Of a DNA stretch of 64,000 nt, positions 7,569 through 17,136 are shown piece after piece. Made by a program: the position numbers and the translations under genes. The stretch lies in contig OZ242041.1 of the NCBI GenBank assembly GCA_965205215.1, positions 1,408,001 to 1,472,000 on the forward strand, given 5' to 3'. Within the stretch, counting starts at the first letter, position 1, and each line of letters begins with the position of its first letter. The DNA is from Nitrosopumilus sp. (GTDB lineage Archaea > Thermoproteota > Nitrososphaeria > Nitrososphaerales > Nitrosopumilaceae). The notes beneath the pieces are model-generated. The model made no database searches. It was not told the origin of the DNA and saw nothing but the letters and a program-made list of their open reading frames with translations.

Positions 7569-9040
7569 ATGAACCACTCCTCGATAATAAGGGCCTCGGC
7601 GCTAGAGTACGTGCAGGGCGTCACTTCAGGCGAGTTTACCGCCGAGGAGTTTCTCTCCGAGACGCTCTCCCGCATCGAGGAGGCCGAAACCCGGTACAAC
7701 GCGTACCTGCACGTGGAGGACGGCCAGAAGCTGCTGGCGCGCGCCAGGGAGATCGACCGCGGCATCAAATCCGGGCAGAAGGTGGGGCTGCTTGCGGGCA
7801 TGCCCGTGTCGATAAAGGACAACATCTGCATGCGGACAGCCGCACCACCTGCGGCTCTAGGATGCTTGAGGGGTTCGTGGCCCCGTACGACGCCACCGCG
7901 GTGTCCCGGCTGAATGCGGAGGGGGGGATTATAGTGGCAAAGGCCAACATGGACGAGTTTGCGATGGGGCTCACCACCGAGTTCAGCGCGTACGGGCCCA
8001 GCCGCAACCCGTGGAATACCGGGTACGTGCCGGGGGGCTCGTCGGGCGGAAGCGCCGTCGCGGCCGCGACGTTCGAGTGCGTCGCGTCCCTGGGTTCGGA
8101 CACGGGGGGCTCTGTGAGAAACCCCGCAAGCTTCTGCTCCGTCGTGGGGTACAAGCCCACGTACGGGCTTGTGAGCCGGCACGGGCTTGTCTCATACGCC
8201 AACAGTATCGAGCAGATCGGCCCGATCGCAAGGACGGTGAGCGACGCGGCCCTTGTTCTGGGTGTAATTGCCGGGAGGGACGAGCATGACGACACCACTG
8301 CGGATGCCGCCACCGCCACCACCGACTATCTTGAGGGCATCGAGGGGGGCGTCGAGGGCATGCGGGTGGGCATAGTCGACGAGATGACGGAGGGCGCCGA
8401 CCCGGAGGTCGCGCGGGCCGCCGAGCGGGCCGCGGGGGATCTGGAGACGGCGGGCGCCTCGTGCGAGCGGGTATCGCTTGACATGGTCGGGTACTCGGTC
8501 CCGTCGTACTATACCATCACGGCGGCCGAGGCCGCAAGCAACCTGGCCAGGTACGACAACCTCCGGTACGGCTACGACCTACCGCTTGAAGGGTACGAGT
8601 TCAACTCGTACGTGTCCGAGGCCCGCGGCCGGTTCGGGCCGGAGGTCACGCGGCGCATGATTCTGGGGGGGTACGTCTCGTCCGCGGGGCACGCAGGCAG
8701 GTACTATCTAAAGGCGCTAAAGGTCAGAGCGAAGCTGACGCGCGAGGTGGCCGATGCGTTTGCCTCCTATGACATACTGATGGCCCCGACTGTCCCGATA
8801 CTGCCGTTTAGGATAGGCGAAAAGACCGACGATCCCGTCTCGCTGTTCATGGTGGACCTCAATACCGTAACGGCCAACCTGACCCGGAGGCCCGCCGTGT
8901 CCGTGCCGTACGCGGTCTCCACGGGGGGGCTGCCAATAGGCATCCAGATGATGGCCGACTCGATGCAGGACAAAACGCTGCTGAGGGCGGCGCGGGCGCT
9001 CGAGAAGAGGAGGGCCCCGCTTCCGGAGGTGCCGGATTGA
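7569..9040 (+). CDS. gatA: Asp/Glu-tRNA amidotransferase subunit A, split by a 1-nt deletion near 7834
   Basis: Frame 1 gives ...GMPVSIKDNICMR, the other frame gives TTCGSRMLEGFVAPYDAT...ANMDEFAMG...GGSSGGSA...GSDTGGSVRNPA; one extra G at CGG-(G)AC joins them. Confidence 0.92.
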
Positions 9041-10563
9041 GCGGGGACGTCAGCGGCGCGGGCGGCGCCGCCCCCGGCACGGCCGCCCCGCGGCCCGTAA
9101 TCGGCCTGGAGATACACTGCCAGATGACCAGCCTCAAAAGCAAGCTCTTCTGCCCGTGCAGGGCCGACTACCGCGGCATGGGCCCCAACGAGAACGTCTG
9201 CCCCGTCTGCATGGGCATGCCCGGGACGCTGCCGCGTCTCAACGCGGAGGCCGTCCGCAGGGGAACTATGATTGCAATGGCCCTGGGATGCGCCATACCC
9301 GAGAGGATCTCGTTTTTCCGGAAGAACTATTTTTACCCCGACCTTCCAAAGAACTTTCAGATTACGCAGCTTGACATGTACGGCGACACCAGCATAGGGG
9401 GCAGGGGCTCCATACTGGTGGACGGCGGGGCCGTGGGGATACGCCGCGTCCAGCTCGAGGAGGATCCGGGGCGCATGATATACGAGGGGGCGTCTGCCCG
9501 GAACCGCATATCACTGGTCGACTACAACAGGGCCGGAACCCCGCTGGTCGAGATTGTGACGGAGCCGGACTTTGAGGGGCCCAGACAGCTGAGGCTGTTC
9601 CTGCAGATGCTCTCGGATATGGTGGAGAACCTGGGCGTGTGCAATCCCGCCCTCGAGGGCGCGATGAGGGCGGATGCCAACGTCTCGCTTGAGGGCGGGA
9701 ACAGGGTCGAGATAAAGAACATCAGCTCGTTCCATGACCTCGAAAAGGCCGTGGTGTTCGAGATTGCAAGGCAGGAGGCGCAGCACTCCCGCGGCCTTGA
9801 GGTGGTGCAGGAGACGCGCCACTGGGACGCGGCAAGAAAGATTACCATCCCCTCGAGGCTAAAGGAGGAGGAGAAGGGCTACCGCTACCTGCTGGAGGCG
9901 GACATCCCGTGGGTGAGGATAGACGCCGAGACAGTCGAGTCGCTAAAGTCCCGTATGCCCGAGAGCGTCTCTGAAAAGAGGGAGCGGTTCGTCTCCGAGT
10001 ATATGATCCCGCCGCAGGTGGCCGACGTGCTCTCCTCTGACAAGCTGTACTCTGACCTGTTTGACGCGGCCCGCACCGACAAGAATGCCAGAGAGCTTGC
10101 AAACATCATCACCACCGACTTGATGGGGCTCGTGATGGCGTCGGCAACGGCGCCGGCCCCGGATAGTGATGCCGCCGACGGCGGCGCGCAGAAAAAGAGA
10201 AAGCGCGACGATCCCGCGCCTGACGTGATAAGCGTGGACGGGCTGCGGGATCTTGCCGACGCGGTCGCATCGGGGCAGATGGCGCGCAACTCTGCAAAGC
10301 AGGCGCTGCACGAGATGGCAAAAACCGGCAAGAGCCTCGCGGAGGTGTCCTCTGAGATGGACCTGGGACTCGTATCCGACGAGTCGGAGCTCTTGGGCGT
10401 GGTGCGGTCCGTCATCTCGGAGGAGCCGCAGGCCGCCGAGCAGGCGTCCTCGAACCCGAACACCATAAACTACCTGGTGGGCAAGGTCATGCAGAAGACC
10501 CGCGGCAAGGCGGATCCGCAGGTTACGCTGGAGCTCCTGAAGCGGTGCCTCCTGGGGGACTGA
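9037..10563 (+). CDS. gatB: Asp/Glu-tRNA amidotransferase subunit B
   Basis: IGLEIHCQM, RKNYFYPDLPKNFQITQ, DYNRAGTPLVEIVTEPD, C-terminal GKVMQKTRGKADP. Confidence 0.96.
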   Translation: MSGDVSGAGGAAPGTAAPRPVIGLEIHCQMTSLKSKLFCPCRADYRGMGPNENVCPVCMGMPGTLPRLNAEAVRRGTMIAMALGCAIPERISFFRKNYFYPDLPKNFQITQLDMYGDTSIGGRGSILVDGGAVGIRRVQLEEDPGRMIYEGASARNRISLVDYNRAGTPLVEIVTEPDFEGPRQLRLFLQMLSDMVENLGVCNPALEGAMRADANVSLEGGNRVEIKNISSFHDLEKAVVFEIARQEAQHSRGLEVVQETRHWDAARKITIPSRLKEEEKGYRYLLEADIPWVRIDAETVESLKSRMPESVSEKRERFVSEYMIPPQVADVLSSDKLYSDLFDAARTDKNARELANIITTDLMGLVMASATAPAPDSDAADGGAQKKRKRDDPAPDVISVDGLRDLADAVASGQMARNSAKQALHEMAKTGKSLAEVSSEMDLGLVSDESELLGVVRSVISEEPQAAEQASSNPNTINYLVGKVMQKTRGKADPQVTLELLKRCLLGD

Positions 10564-10756
10564 CCGTCCTGTGACCGGTTCCGGCCCTCCGTTGCTGACG
10601 TAATGCCGCCGCAGTCACTGTCGCTACTATGTTGCCACCACCGCCGCAATCCTGATCGTTCAGTCTCTATACTGACTCGGTGTTTGTACCCGTGTTTTAT
10701 TGAAAGGGGGGAAATGGAGTATGCGCGCATGCGCGGACCGTGCCTCCTCTCTCTCT

Positions 10757-12055
10757 CTACGCGCGTGGCCTCTTCTTCTTTTTCCTGAGATAGCCTGCAA
10801 CCATCGGGACAAACGCGCCCACGTCGGACACGATTCCGAGCGCCTGCCAGGTGCCCCTGTCCATTAGCTTTGTTACGGTAGGCTGGCTTATGTCCACCAC
10901 CACCACCTTTACGTCGGCCGGAATCATGTTCCCCGTCGCGATGGAGTGGAGCATGGTGGATATCATGATGACCATTCTTGCGTCCTTTAGCACCTTTTTG
11001 TACTCGCGCTGGGCCTGGGCCACGTCTGTAATGACATCCGGCAGGGGGCCGTCGTCCCTTATCGAACCTGCCAGCACGAACGGTACCTTGTTCTTGACGC
11101 ATTCGTACATGATGCCGCTTGTGAGTTTCCTGCTTCGGACCATTTTTGATATGGAGCCCGCCTTGAACACGGCATTGACTGCGTCCATGTGGTTGCGGTG
11201 CCCCTTGTGGGCCAGGGTCGCGTTATGCACGTTCATCCCAAGCGAGGTGCCCAGTATGGCGTGCTCTATGTCGTGCACTGCAAGCGCGTTTCCCGCAAGT
11301 ACGCCGTCGATGTAGCCACCGCGTATCATCTCTGCAAGCGCGCCAGCGGCCCCGGTATGCACTATTGCCGGGCCCCCTACTATGATGATCCTCCCGCCTT
11401 CTGATTTCGTCCTGTGTATGTCCTCGGCGACCCTCTTTGCAATGTGCTGCGTGGGACGCTCGCTTGAGCTGGAGCTTCCCATGAACTCAAAGATGTTGTT
11501 TGCCTCGCGCGGGCGCTCCGGTGGCACCACGGCCACGCCCTCGTCGCCCACCACGATCATGTCGTCCCGTCTTACGTCCCTGATGGGGGTGCAGAACGCC
11601 CTGCCGCCTCTCACCACGATGCACTTGTCCATCATCATGTTCTCCACGTCTATCCATTCTTCGTTGTGGTAGATGCGGGTGTGGTTGTTTGTAGTGCTGT
11701 AGAACTCGTCTGGCATGACGCAGTCCCTGGGGGCCCTTCTCATGGTCACGCCGGCCGGCTGCATGGGGCGCGCCCCCTCCCTGTATACGGAATCCAGCAT
11801 CTCCTCGAGGCCTTCCTTGCTCTTGGCCGTTATGCGCAACAGGGCCCTTGACTTTTCGGTCTTCCTCTTCCCGATCTCAAACTCCAGGACGTCAAACTCC
11901 CCGTCCATGTCCATTATGGTGTCAAATATCCTGGTCAGGATCATGGAATCGACCAGGTGTCCCTTGACCTCGATCTCCTTGGAATGGGCCGTCCGGGGGG
12001 GCGGTGCCCTCTTTGCCCCCTTTGCGGTCCCTGCTTTTGCCCCCTTTGCCGTCAT
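10757..12055 (-). CDS. TIGR00300/LOR-SDH family protein (ornithine cyclodeaminase-like)
   Basis: GHLVDSMIL, FYSTTN, GGPAIVHTG, GNALAVHDIE, LAGSIRDDGPLPD, TKLMDRG; start MTAKG at 12055. Confidence 0.88.
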   Translation of the reverse strand: MTAKGAKAGTAKGAKRAPPPRTAHSKEIEVKGHLVDSMILTRIFDTIMDMDGEFDVLEFEIGKRKTEKSRALLRITAKSKEGLEEMLDSVYREGARPMQPAGVTMRRAPRDCVMPDEFYSTTNNHTRIYHNEEWIDVENMMMDKCIVVRGGRAFCTPIRDVRRDDMIVVGDEGVAVVPPERPREANNIFEFMGSSSSSERPTQHIAKRVAEDIHRTKSEGGRIIIVGGPAIVHTGAAGALAEMIRGGYIDGVLAGNALAVHDIEHAILGTSLGMNVHNATLAHKGHRNHMDAVNAVFKAGSISKMVRSRKLTSGIMYECVKNKVPFVLAGSIRDDGPLPDVITDVAQAQREYKKVLKDARMVIMISTMLHSIATGNMIPADVKVVVVDISQPTVTKLMDRGTWQALGIVSDVGAFVPMVAGYLRKKKKRPRA

Positions 12056-12199
12056 AGCACACTGCCTCCTTCCCTGCATACTAAATGTCTTGCATCCCGC
12101 GATGTTCCTACGCCGCCACGCGCGTGCGCCGTATGATCGTCCCCACACAGTCGTCATAGCGGGCCGCACCGTGACGCTCCGACTCCTCCCATTCTCGCA

Positions 12200-12547
12200 T
12201 CATGCCGGCAGTATGACGTGCCCCTCGAACTTTGGTATGCCGTCTGCCACGAGGCTCTCCTCAAGCGTTTCTGCCTGTCCCGGCGTGACCCCTTGGACTA
12301 TGGCCTTTGAGATTCCCGACCCGTCGACCAGCGCAAGTATGTACCCGCTCGTATCTGTCAGCACAAATCCCTGTGATTCGCTGACAAACGCATAGAGGTT
12401 CTCCTTGCCCACCGGCTCCCAGCTGTTCGAGTTCGGGTTTGCAAGCGCCATGGCCGGCATGGCGTTGCCGCCGGTCAGCCCGTTGAGGTACTCGCGGGCC
12501 TCCGCCACGCGCCGCTGGCCCTCCTTTAGGGCGGCAAAATACTGCAT
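12200..12547 (-). CDS. Conserved hypothetical protein
   Basis: MQYFAALKEGQRRV...GFVLTDTSGYILALVD...; globular composition, TTTATA upstream on the minus strand. Confidence 0.7.
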   Translation of the reverse strand: MQYFAALKEGQRRVAEAREYLNGLTGGNAMPAMALANPNSNSWEPVGKENLYAFVSESQGFVLTDTSGYILALVDGSGISKAIVQGVTPGQAETLEESLVADGIPKFEGHVILPA

Positions 12548-12914
12548 GATGCATGGATCCTGCGTCGCTATAAAAACAGTCGCGATGGTTGGCGCATCCC
12601 TGCGCCCCCGCGGTCTTTCTCCCGCACTCTGCAGATTGCCGTGCCGCATAGGGCCGCGCGCCGCACGCCCCCGTGCGGATTCGGCATGCGGCGCATAGGG
12701 TTTTAGAGCGCGTTTCTTGCCATAACGGGTATCGGACCCGTAGCATAGCATGGATAGTGCGGGCGATTCCGGATCGCCAGGCCGGGGGATCGAAGCCCTC
12801 CGGGTCCTCCCAAACTATCGGTACCGCGGGTGCTCGCGCGACGCCCGGCTGTGCGCGCCTGGCGGATGTGCTTCATTGCCGCGCAGCTGCCCTGCAATGC
12901 GTGGCTGTGCGGCA

Positions 12915-13502
12915 TCACACTGATGAGGCCTTGCCTTCGCTGCCACCAGCGCCGCTGCCACCCTTCCCGTGTGACGTGATGTCAGAAAGCAATGCGCCTG
13001 CTGCCTCGTCCTTGATCGACGCGTATGCTGCATCCACGAACATGGATGCGCCTGCGCGCGACGCGCGGCCGGCCCCCTCGTAGGCGACTGCCTGGAGAGC
13101 CATGTCAATCTTGTCTGCCTGCGCCACGATCCTCGCCTCTGGCGTCTCGCCTGCGCAAAATTCGTCCCATATTGAGACGTATTCTGCCCTCATCCCCTCC
13201 GGCAGCGTGGACGCAATCCGCAAAAACGCCTCCGTCTCCAGCTTCTCCTTTTTGTCATGCGGCATGCTGTCCGGCGTGATGTCCCCTATCTCCGACTCTG
13301 CTATGTCGTGCAGCAGCGCCATCTTGACTGCGCGCTCCGAGTCGAGCCCCATGGCGTCCGATAGTATCATGGCCGTGACGGCGGCCCCAAACGAGTGGTC
13401 GGCGACCGACTCGCCGTCGGACATGGAGAACTTTTCTGCCCATCCTGCCCTCTTGAGTTCCTTGAGGCCTGCCGCTGCCCTGATAAACTCGCCAAGCGTC
13501 AT
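12915..13502 (-). CDS. HD-domain phosphohydrolase (YfbR/HDDC2-like 5'-nucleotidase)
   Basis: LKELKRAGW, ESVADHSF, ALLHDIAESEIGDITP, ADKIDM. Confidence 0.9.
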   Translation of the reverse strand: MTLGEFIRAAAGLKELKRAGWAEKFSMSDGESVADHSFGAAVTAMILSDAMGLDSERAVKMALLHDIAESEIGDITPDSMPHDKKEKLETEAFLRIASTLPEGMRAEYVSIWDEFCAGETPEARIVAQADKIDMALQAVAYEGAGRASRAGASMFVDAAYASIKDEAAGALLSDITSHGKGGSGAGGSEGKASSV

Positions 13503-13627
13503 TGCGCTGTGTGCGGGTGATGCCCCTTTTACAGATATGCACGGACCGGCAGTTCCTGTACTCCGCGTCGGCGGATTGCCTGGGCCCGCCCTACAGTTAA
13601 AAGAAGCAGGCTGTTCATACGCGGCAC

Positions 13628-14242
13628 ATGAAGATTTACACCAGGACCGGCGATGACGGCAACACGGGGCTGCAGGGGGGGCTGCGCATATCAAAGTCCC
13701 ACGTCAGGATCACCGCGTACGGCGCCATCGACGAGGCGAACGCGGTGCTTGGCGTTGTCCTGTCCGGCGAGCAGTGCCCCGAGGACGTCCGTGCAGTACT
13801 AGGCCGCATACAGAGCGACCTGTTCGTGCTTGGCGCGGACCTTTCAAACCCCAATCTGGGCGATCTCGGGATCCGCGTGACCCCGGACATGGCCGAGTCG
13901 CTTGAAAAAACAATAGACAGGTTCGAGTCGGAGCTGCCCTCCCTTACGAGCTTCGTCCTGCCCGGCGGGGGGACCGCCGCCGCCTCGCACCTCCATCACG
14001 CACGCGCCGTCGTGAGGAGGGCCGAATCACTCGCGGTGGAACTGAGCGAATCTGAAGAGATAAACCTGCACTGCGCCATCTATCTCAACAGGCTCTCTGA
14101 TCTGCTCTTTGTGCTTGCACGCGTCGCGGACCGGAGGGCGGGCCGCCCCGAGACGCCCTGGCTTCCGCCGCCGCGCGACGACGCCCCCGGACCTGGCGCA
14201 TCGGGGGCTCCTCGGGAGGGGAGTGCAAACGGCAAACTTTAA
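13628..14242 (+). CDS. ATP:cob(I)alamin adenosyltransferase, PduO/MMAB type
   Basis: MKIYTRTGDDGNT, AYGAIDEAN, FVLPGG, RRAE, YLNRLSDLLFVLAR. Confidence 0.95.
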   Translation: MKIYTRTGDDGNTGLQGGLRISKSHVRITAYGAIDEANAVLGVVLSGEQCPEDVRAVLGRIQSDLFVLGADLSNPNLGDLGIRVTPDMAESLEKTIDRFESELPSLTSFVLPGGGTAAASHLHHARAVVRRAESLAVELSESEEINLHCAIYLNRLSDLLFVLARVADRRAGRPETPWLPPPRDDAPGPGASGAPREGSANGKL

Positions 14243-14270
14243 TTTCCAAGTCCGGGCCGTCCAACTGAGT

Positions 14271-14344
14271 GCCGGGGTAGCTCAGCCCGGGAGAGCACTC
14301 GGCTGAAGACCGAGCTGTCGCGCGTTCAAATCCCGCCCCCGGCA
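14271..14344 (+). tRNA. tRNA-Phe(GAA)
   Basis: Acceptor GCCGGGG/CCCCGGC, anticodon arm CTCGG-CTGAAGA-CCGAG, TTCAAAT loop; no intron; one C-C mismatch in the T-stem. Confidence 0.95.
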
Positions 14345-14556
14345 CCTCCATACTTTTGTGCTGTTGTGTACGCGCACGGTACGCGCGCATGCCGGTGCGG
14401 TGGCGGCCGTCGGACTGCGGCATGTGGGATCCTGTCTTGCAGCCGGCAGGCATCGCCTGCATCCTGGCACGCCGTTTGGCTGGGTTGCACCGCCCGCGCG
14501 CACGGGCAGATGACGCTAAATTTAATACCCTGCAAAATTCCCGTTTTTCGACTTTC

Positions 14557-15138
14557 ATGTCCAAAAAAGATGCCACCGCAGGCAGTAAATCGTCGGCAGC
14601 CGCGTCTGCTGTCACGTCATCTGATTCCAAACCCTCTGCCAAGTCCAAAAAGAGGGTGGCCGCTACGGCAAAAAAGCGTCCCGATCCGTCACGGACACCT
14701 GCAAAGGCACAGGCAGGCGCCGCCAGATCCAGAAAGGCAAAGGCCGCAGGAGCACCAAAGGCCGCCACCAAGTCGGGATCCAAGTCACCCTCCAAGACTG
14801 CCGCCTCCAAGACTGCCGCCTCCAAGACTGCCGCCTCCAAGACTGCCGCCTCCAAGACTGCCGCCTCCAAGACTGCCGCCTCCAAGACTGCCGCCTCCAA
14901 GACTGCCGCCTCCAGAAAGAAATCTGGCGCCGCCACCAGAAAGGCTGCAAAGGCAGGCAAGGCCGCCGCAAGGGGGAAGACAAAGTCCGGAGGCCGCTCC
15001 ACCCCTGCATCTGACACGGACATGGCAGACATCGGGATAGTGATTATGGATGACGCCATAGAAGTCGATCAGGAAAAGATCAACGAGGAGCGCAGGGCCT
15101 ACCTTGAAGAGGCCCGCTCCCAGGAAGCCTTTGACTGA
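14557..15138 (+). CDS. Lys/Ala/Ser-rich histone H1-like protein with acidic C-terminal domain
   Basis: Start MSKKDATAG; (SKTAA)8 repeat; ends IEVDQEKINEERRAYLEEARSQEAFD; TTTAATA upstream at 14521. Confidence 0.75.
   Translation: MSKKDATAGSKSSAAASAVTSSDSKPSAKSKKRVAATAKKRPDPSRTPAKAQAGAARSRKAKAAGAPKAATKSGSKSPSKTAASKTAASKTAASKTAASKTAASKTAASKTAASKTAASRKKSGAATRKAAKAGKAAARGKTKSGGRSTPASDTDMADIGIVIMDDAIEVDQEKINEERRAYLEEARSQEAFD
14791..14910 (+). repeat. Perfect 15-bp coding tandem repeat (TCCAAGACTGCCGCC)x8
   Basis: Eight identical units read directly. Confidence 0.97.
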
Positions 15139-15280
15139 GGTGTCGGCAGCAGAATCTGTCTGTATGTGCGTATGTGCGCGGGGTAGAAGTTCCGCCTGCA
15201 GTACTTGGCCTTTTCACATTGCCTGGCTTATGATATGCGCCTTGCCAAATGTTTATCCGTGCCGTCCCCGTATCATACAC

Positions 15281-15520
15281 ATGCGTGCACTGTGCCTGAT
15301 TACAGTCAGGGCCGGCCAGATCGAGCACGTGATGGCGATACTCAGAAAAAAGCGCAAGATCATAAAGCAGATGATGGTCGTAACTGGTAGGGCCGACATC
15401 AGCGTCCTGCTTCAGGGCAACATACACCAGATAAACGGAATGGTGGTGAACTTTAAGAAAATCAAGGACATCTCGTCGACGGAGACCCTGCTTGAGGTGG
15501 AGGTGAACATGGGATGGTAA
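15281..15520 (+). CDS. Stand-alone Lrp/AsnC ligand-binding (RAM) domain protein
   Basis: MRALCLITVRAG...VVTGRADI...ISSTETLLEVE. Confidence 0.82.
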   Translation: MRALCLITVRAGQIEHVMAILRKKRKIIKQMMVVTGRADISVLLQGNIHQINGMVVNFKKIKDISSTETLLEVEVNMGW

Positions 15521-15732
15521 GGGCGATCATACTTGTCAAATCCCCCAAAAAACTCATCGCGGCCAGGCTCAGGAAGATCAAGTCCGTGTCTGACTCCTTC
15601 CCCACAAGCGGGCAGTTTGACGCCGTGGCCATGATCGAGGTGGACGAGCTGGCGAACCTCAAGGACGTGGCATACCAGATACAGACGATTGGCGGGGTGG
15701 AGCGCACCGAGACGATGGTCGAGGTGCAATGA
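15514..15732 (+). CDS. Stand-alone Lrp/AsnC ligand-binding (RAM) domain protein
   Basis: MVRAIILVK...TSGQFDAVAMIEV...IGGVERTETMV. Confidence 0.85.
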   Translation: MVRAIILVKSPKKLIAARLRKIKSVSDSFPTSGQFDAVAMIEVDELANLKDVAYQIQTIGGVERTETMVEVQ

Positions 15733-15766
15733 AAATGGATTTAAGGCGCCGCTCCGCACCCTATCC

Positions 15767-16180
15767 GTGAACATAAAGCACGTGGGCAACGTCATACTCG
15801 CGGTAAAGGATCTTGACAAGTCGTTAGAGTTCTACCACGAGACCATAGGGCTGCCCATAAAGAACCAGAGGAGGGCGTGGGTCGATCTGGGTGCTTCCGG
15901 GGCCCTCCTGAGCCTCCATCCGGCATCGCTTACGGCCGCACACATTGGCAGCTCCATAGAGAACGGCATCACGATAGGCTTTATCGTGGGGGACGTAAAG
16001 TCAGCAGTCGAGGAGCTGAGGGCGCAGGGAGTTACCATACACCGCGATATCGTGGAAAAGGACGCCGGCAAGAACGCGGTGATCCGGGATCCGGACGACT
16101 ATCTGATATCTCTGTTTGAGCCCAACTTTGAAGACAAGGCAGAGCAGACGGGCGGATACCAGGGATTCACTCCTGCATGA
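15767..16180 (+). CDS. VOC/glyoxalase family protein
   Basis: VILAVKDLDKSLEFYHETIGL...IRDPDDYLISL; GTG start. Confidence 0.88.
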   Translation: MNIKHVGNVILAVKDLDKSLEFYHETIGLPIKNQRRAWVDLGASGALLSLHPASLTAAHIGSSIENGITIGFIVGDVKSAVEELRAQGVTIHRDIVEKDAGKNAVIRDPDDYLISLFEPNFEDKAEQTGGYQGFTPA

Positions 16181-16306
16181 GCAACCGCTGCCTATACTGA
16201 ATAGCCGCGGCATGCTGCGCGGTAGGCGGGCTGCCTGCAAGCGACATTGTGTGAGTGGGCGGGCCCTGCAATAGTGGGAAGCGGCCGCGACCCGTTGTTG
16301 TTACTG

Positions 16307-16750
16307 TTATTGCTGTTGCTGCTGGGGCAGCCCGTGTCCGCTGCCTGCCTCGTGCTTTTCAAGGCGCCTTTTGAGGTCGGCGTTCTCTTTTAGAAGGCCG
16401 TCGCGCTCGGCCTCTAGCGCGGCGATTGCCCGATGCCCGTCATACAGCGGATGCCCGGGCGGTATCGGTAGCACTCCCGTGGAAAGCAGGCCTGACGCCT
16501 TTGCGACAAACATTCTCTTGAGCCCTTCCACTGCCTCCCTGGCCTGCAAGTGGGCGGCCGTCTCTGCACCGGGCGCCTTGTTCCTTTCTGCCATTGCCAC
16601 CGCACCGGGATCCGGTCCCGGCATCCTGATGGGCCTGCCCAGCGGTTCTGGCGGTGTCATGCCCGGGGGCTGGGCGGCGGACGGAAGCGACGCGTGCATG
16701 CCAATCCAGTATGGGTCGTATGCGCGCCTGAACACGTCCGCTTCGTACAT
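16307..16750 (-). CDS. Hypothetical protein with Pro-rich N-part and coiled-coil C-terminus
   Basis: IPPGHPLY followed by LEAERDGLLKENADLKRRL; start uncertain. Confidence 0.6.
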   Translation of the reverse strand: MYEADVFRRAYDPYWIGMHASLPSAAQPPGMTPPEPLGRPIRMPGPDPGAVAMAERNKAPGAETAAHLQAREAVEGLKRMFVAKASGLLSTGVLPIPPGHPLYDGHRAIAALEAERDGLLKENADLKRRLEKHEAGSGHGLPQQQQQ

Positions 16751-16960
16751 GCCCTTCTCCCGCATGCCGCATATTTTTGTCTTAGGCTGGCCGGCTGGCC
16801 GGAACCGCTGGCGGTGGCGTGACTGCGATCTGTATAAAATATGCATTTGTGATGTAAATTTCCTTGCTACAGGCATGGATTTGTTATTTTTTTGTGATCT
16901 CGGCTCAAGATCGCTTGATCATCGATCTTTATACTTTCATTATTTGTACCACGTTTGCAG

Positions 16961-17104
16961 ATGGAGTCCAACATGACCTGCCACAAGTGCAGAATGTCCA
17001 TAGACGCGTCCGAGCTTCACAAGATCGTCATATACGTGGTCCGCGAGAGGTTCACAGAACACCACTATGAGCATGTTGAGTGTCCCGACAGGTTTACCGT
17101 CTAG
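16961..17104 (+). CDS. 47-aa zinc-finger microprotein (CxxC...HxxC)
   Basis: Below ORF-track cutoff; MESNMTCHKCRMSIDASELHKIVIYVVRERFTEHHYEHVECPDRFTV*; TTTATA at 16928-16933. Confidence 0.75.
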   Translation: MESNMTCHKCRMSIDASELHKIVIYVVRERFTEHHYEHVECPDRFTV

Positions 17105-17136
17105 GCCGCACGTCGGCAGCGGCGTGCACGCGGCGG

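Noticed and set aside
7820-7870. Programmed ribosomal frameshift in gatA
   Set aside because: No slippery heptamer or obvious stimulator; a lost G in a GGG run is simpler
14791-14910. 15-bp repeat as CRISPR or iterons
   Set aside because: In-frame coding repeat with no spacers
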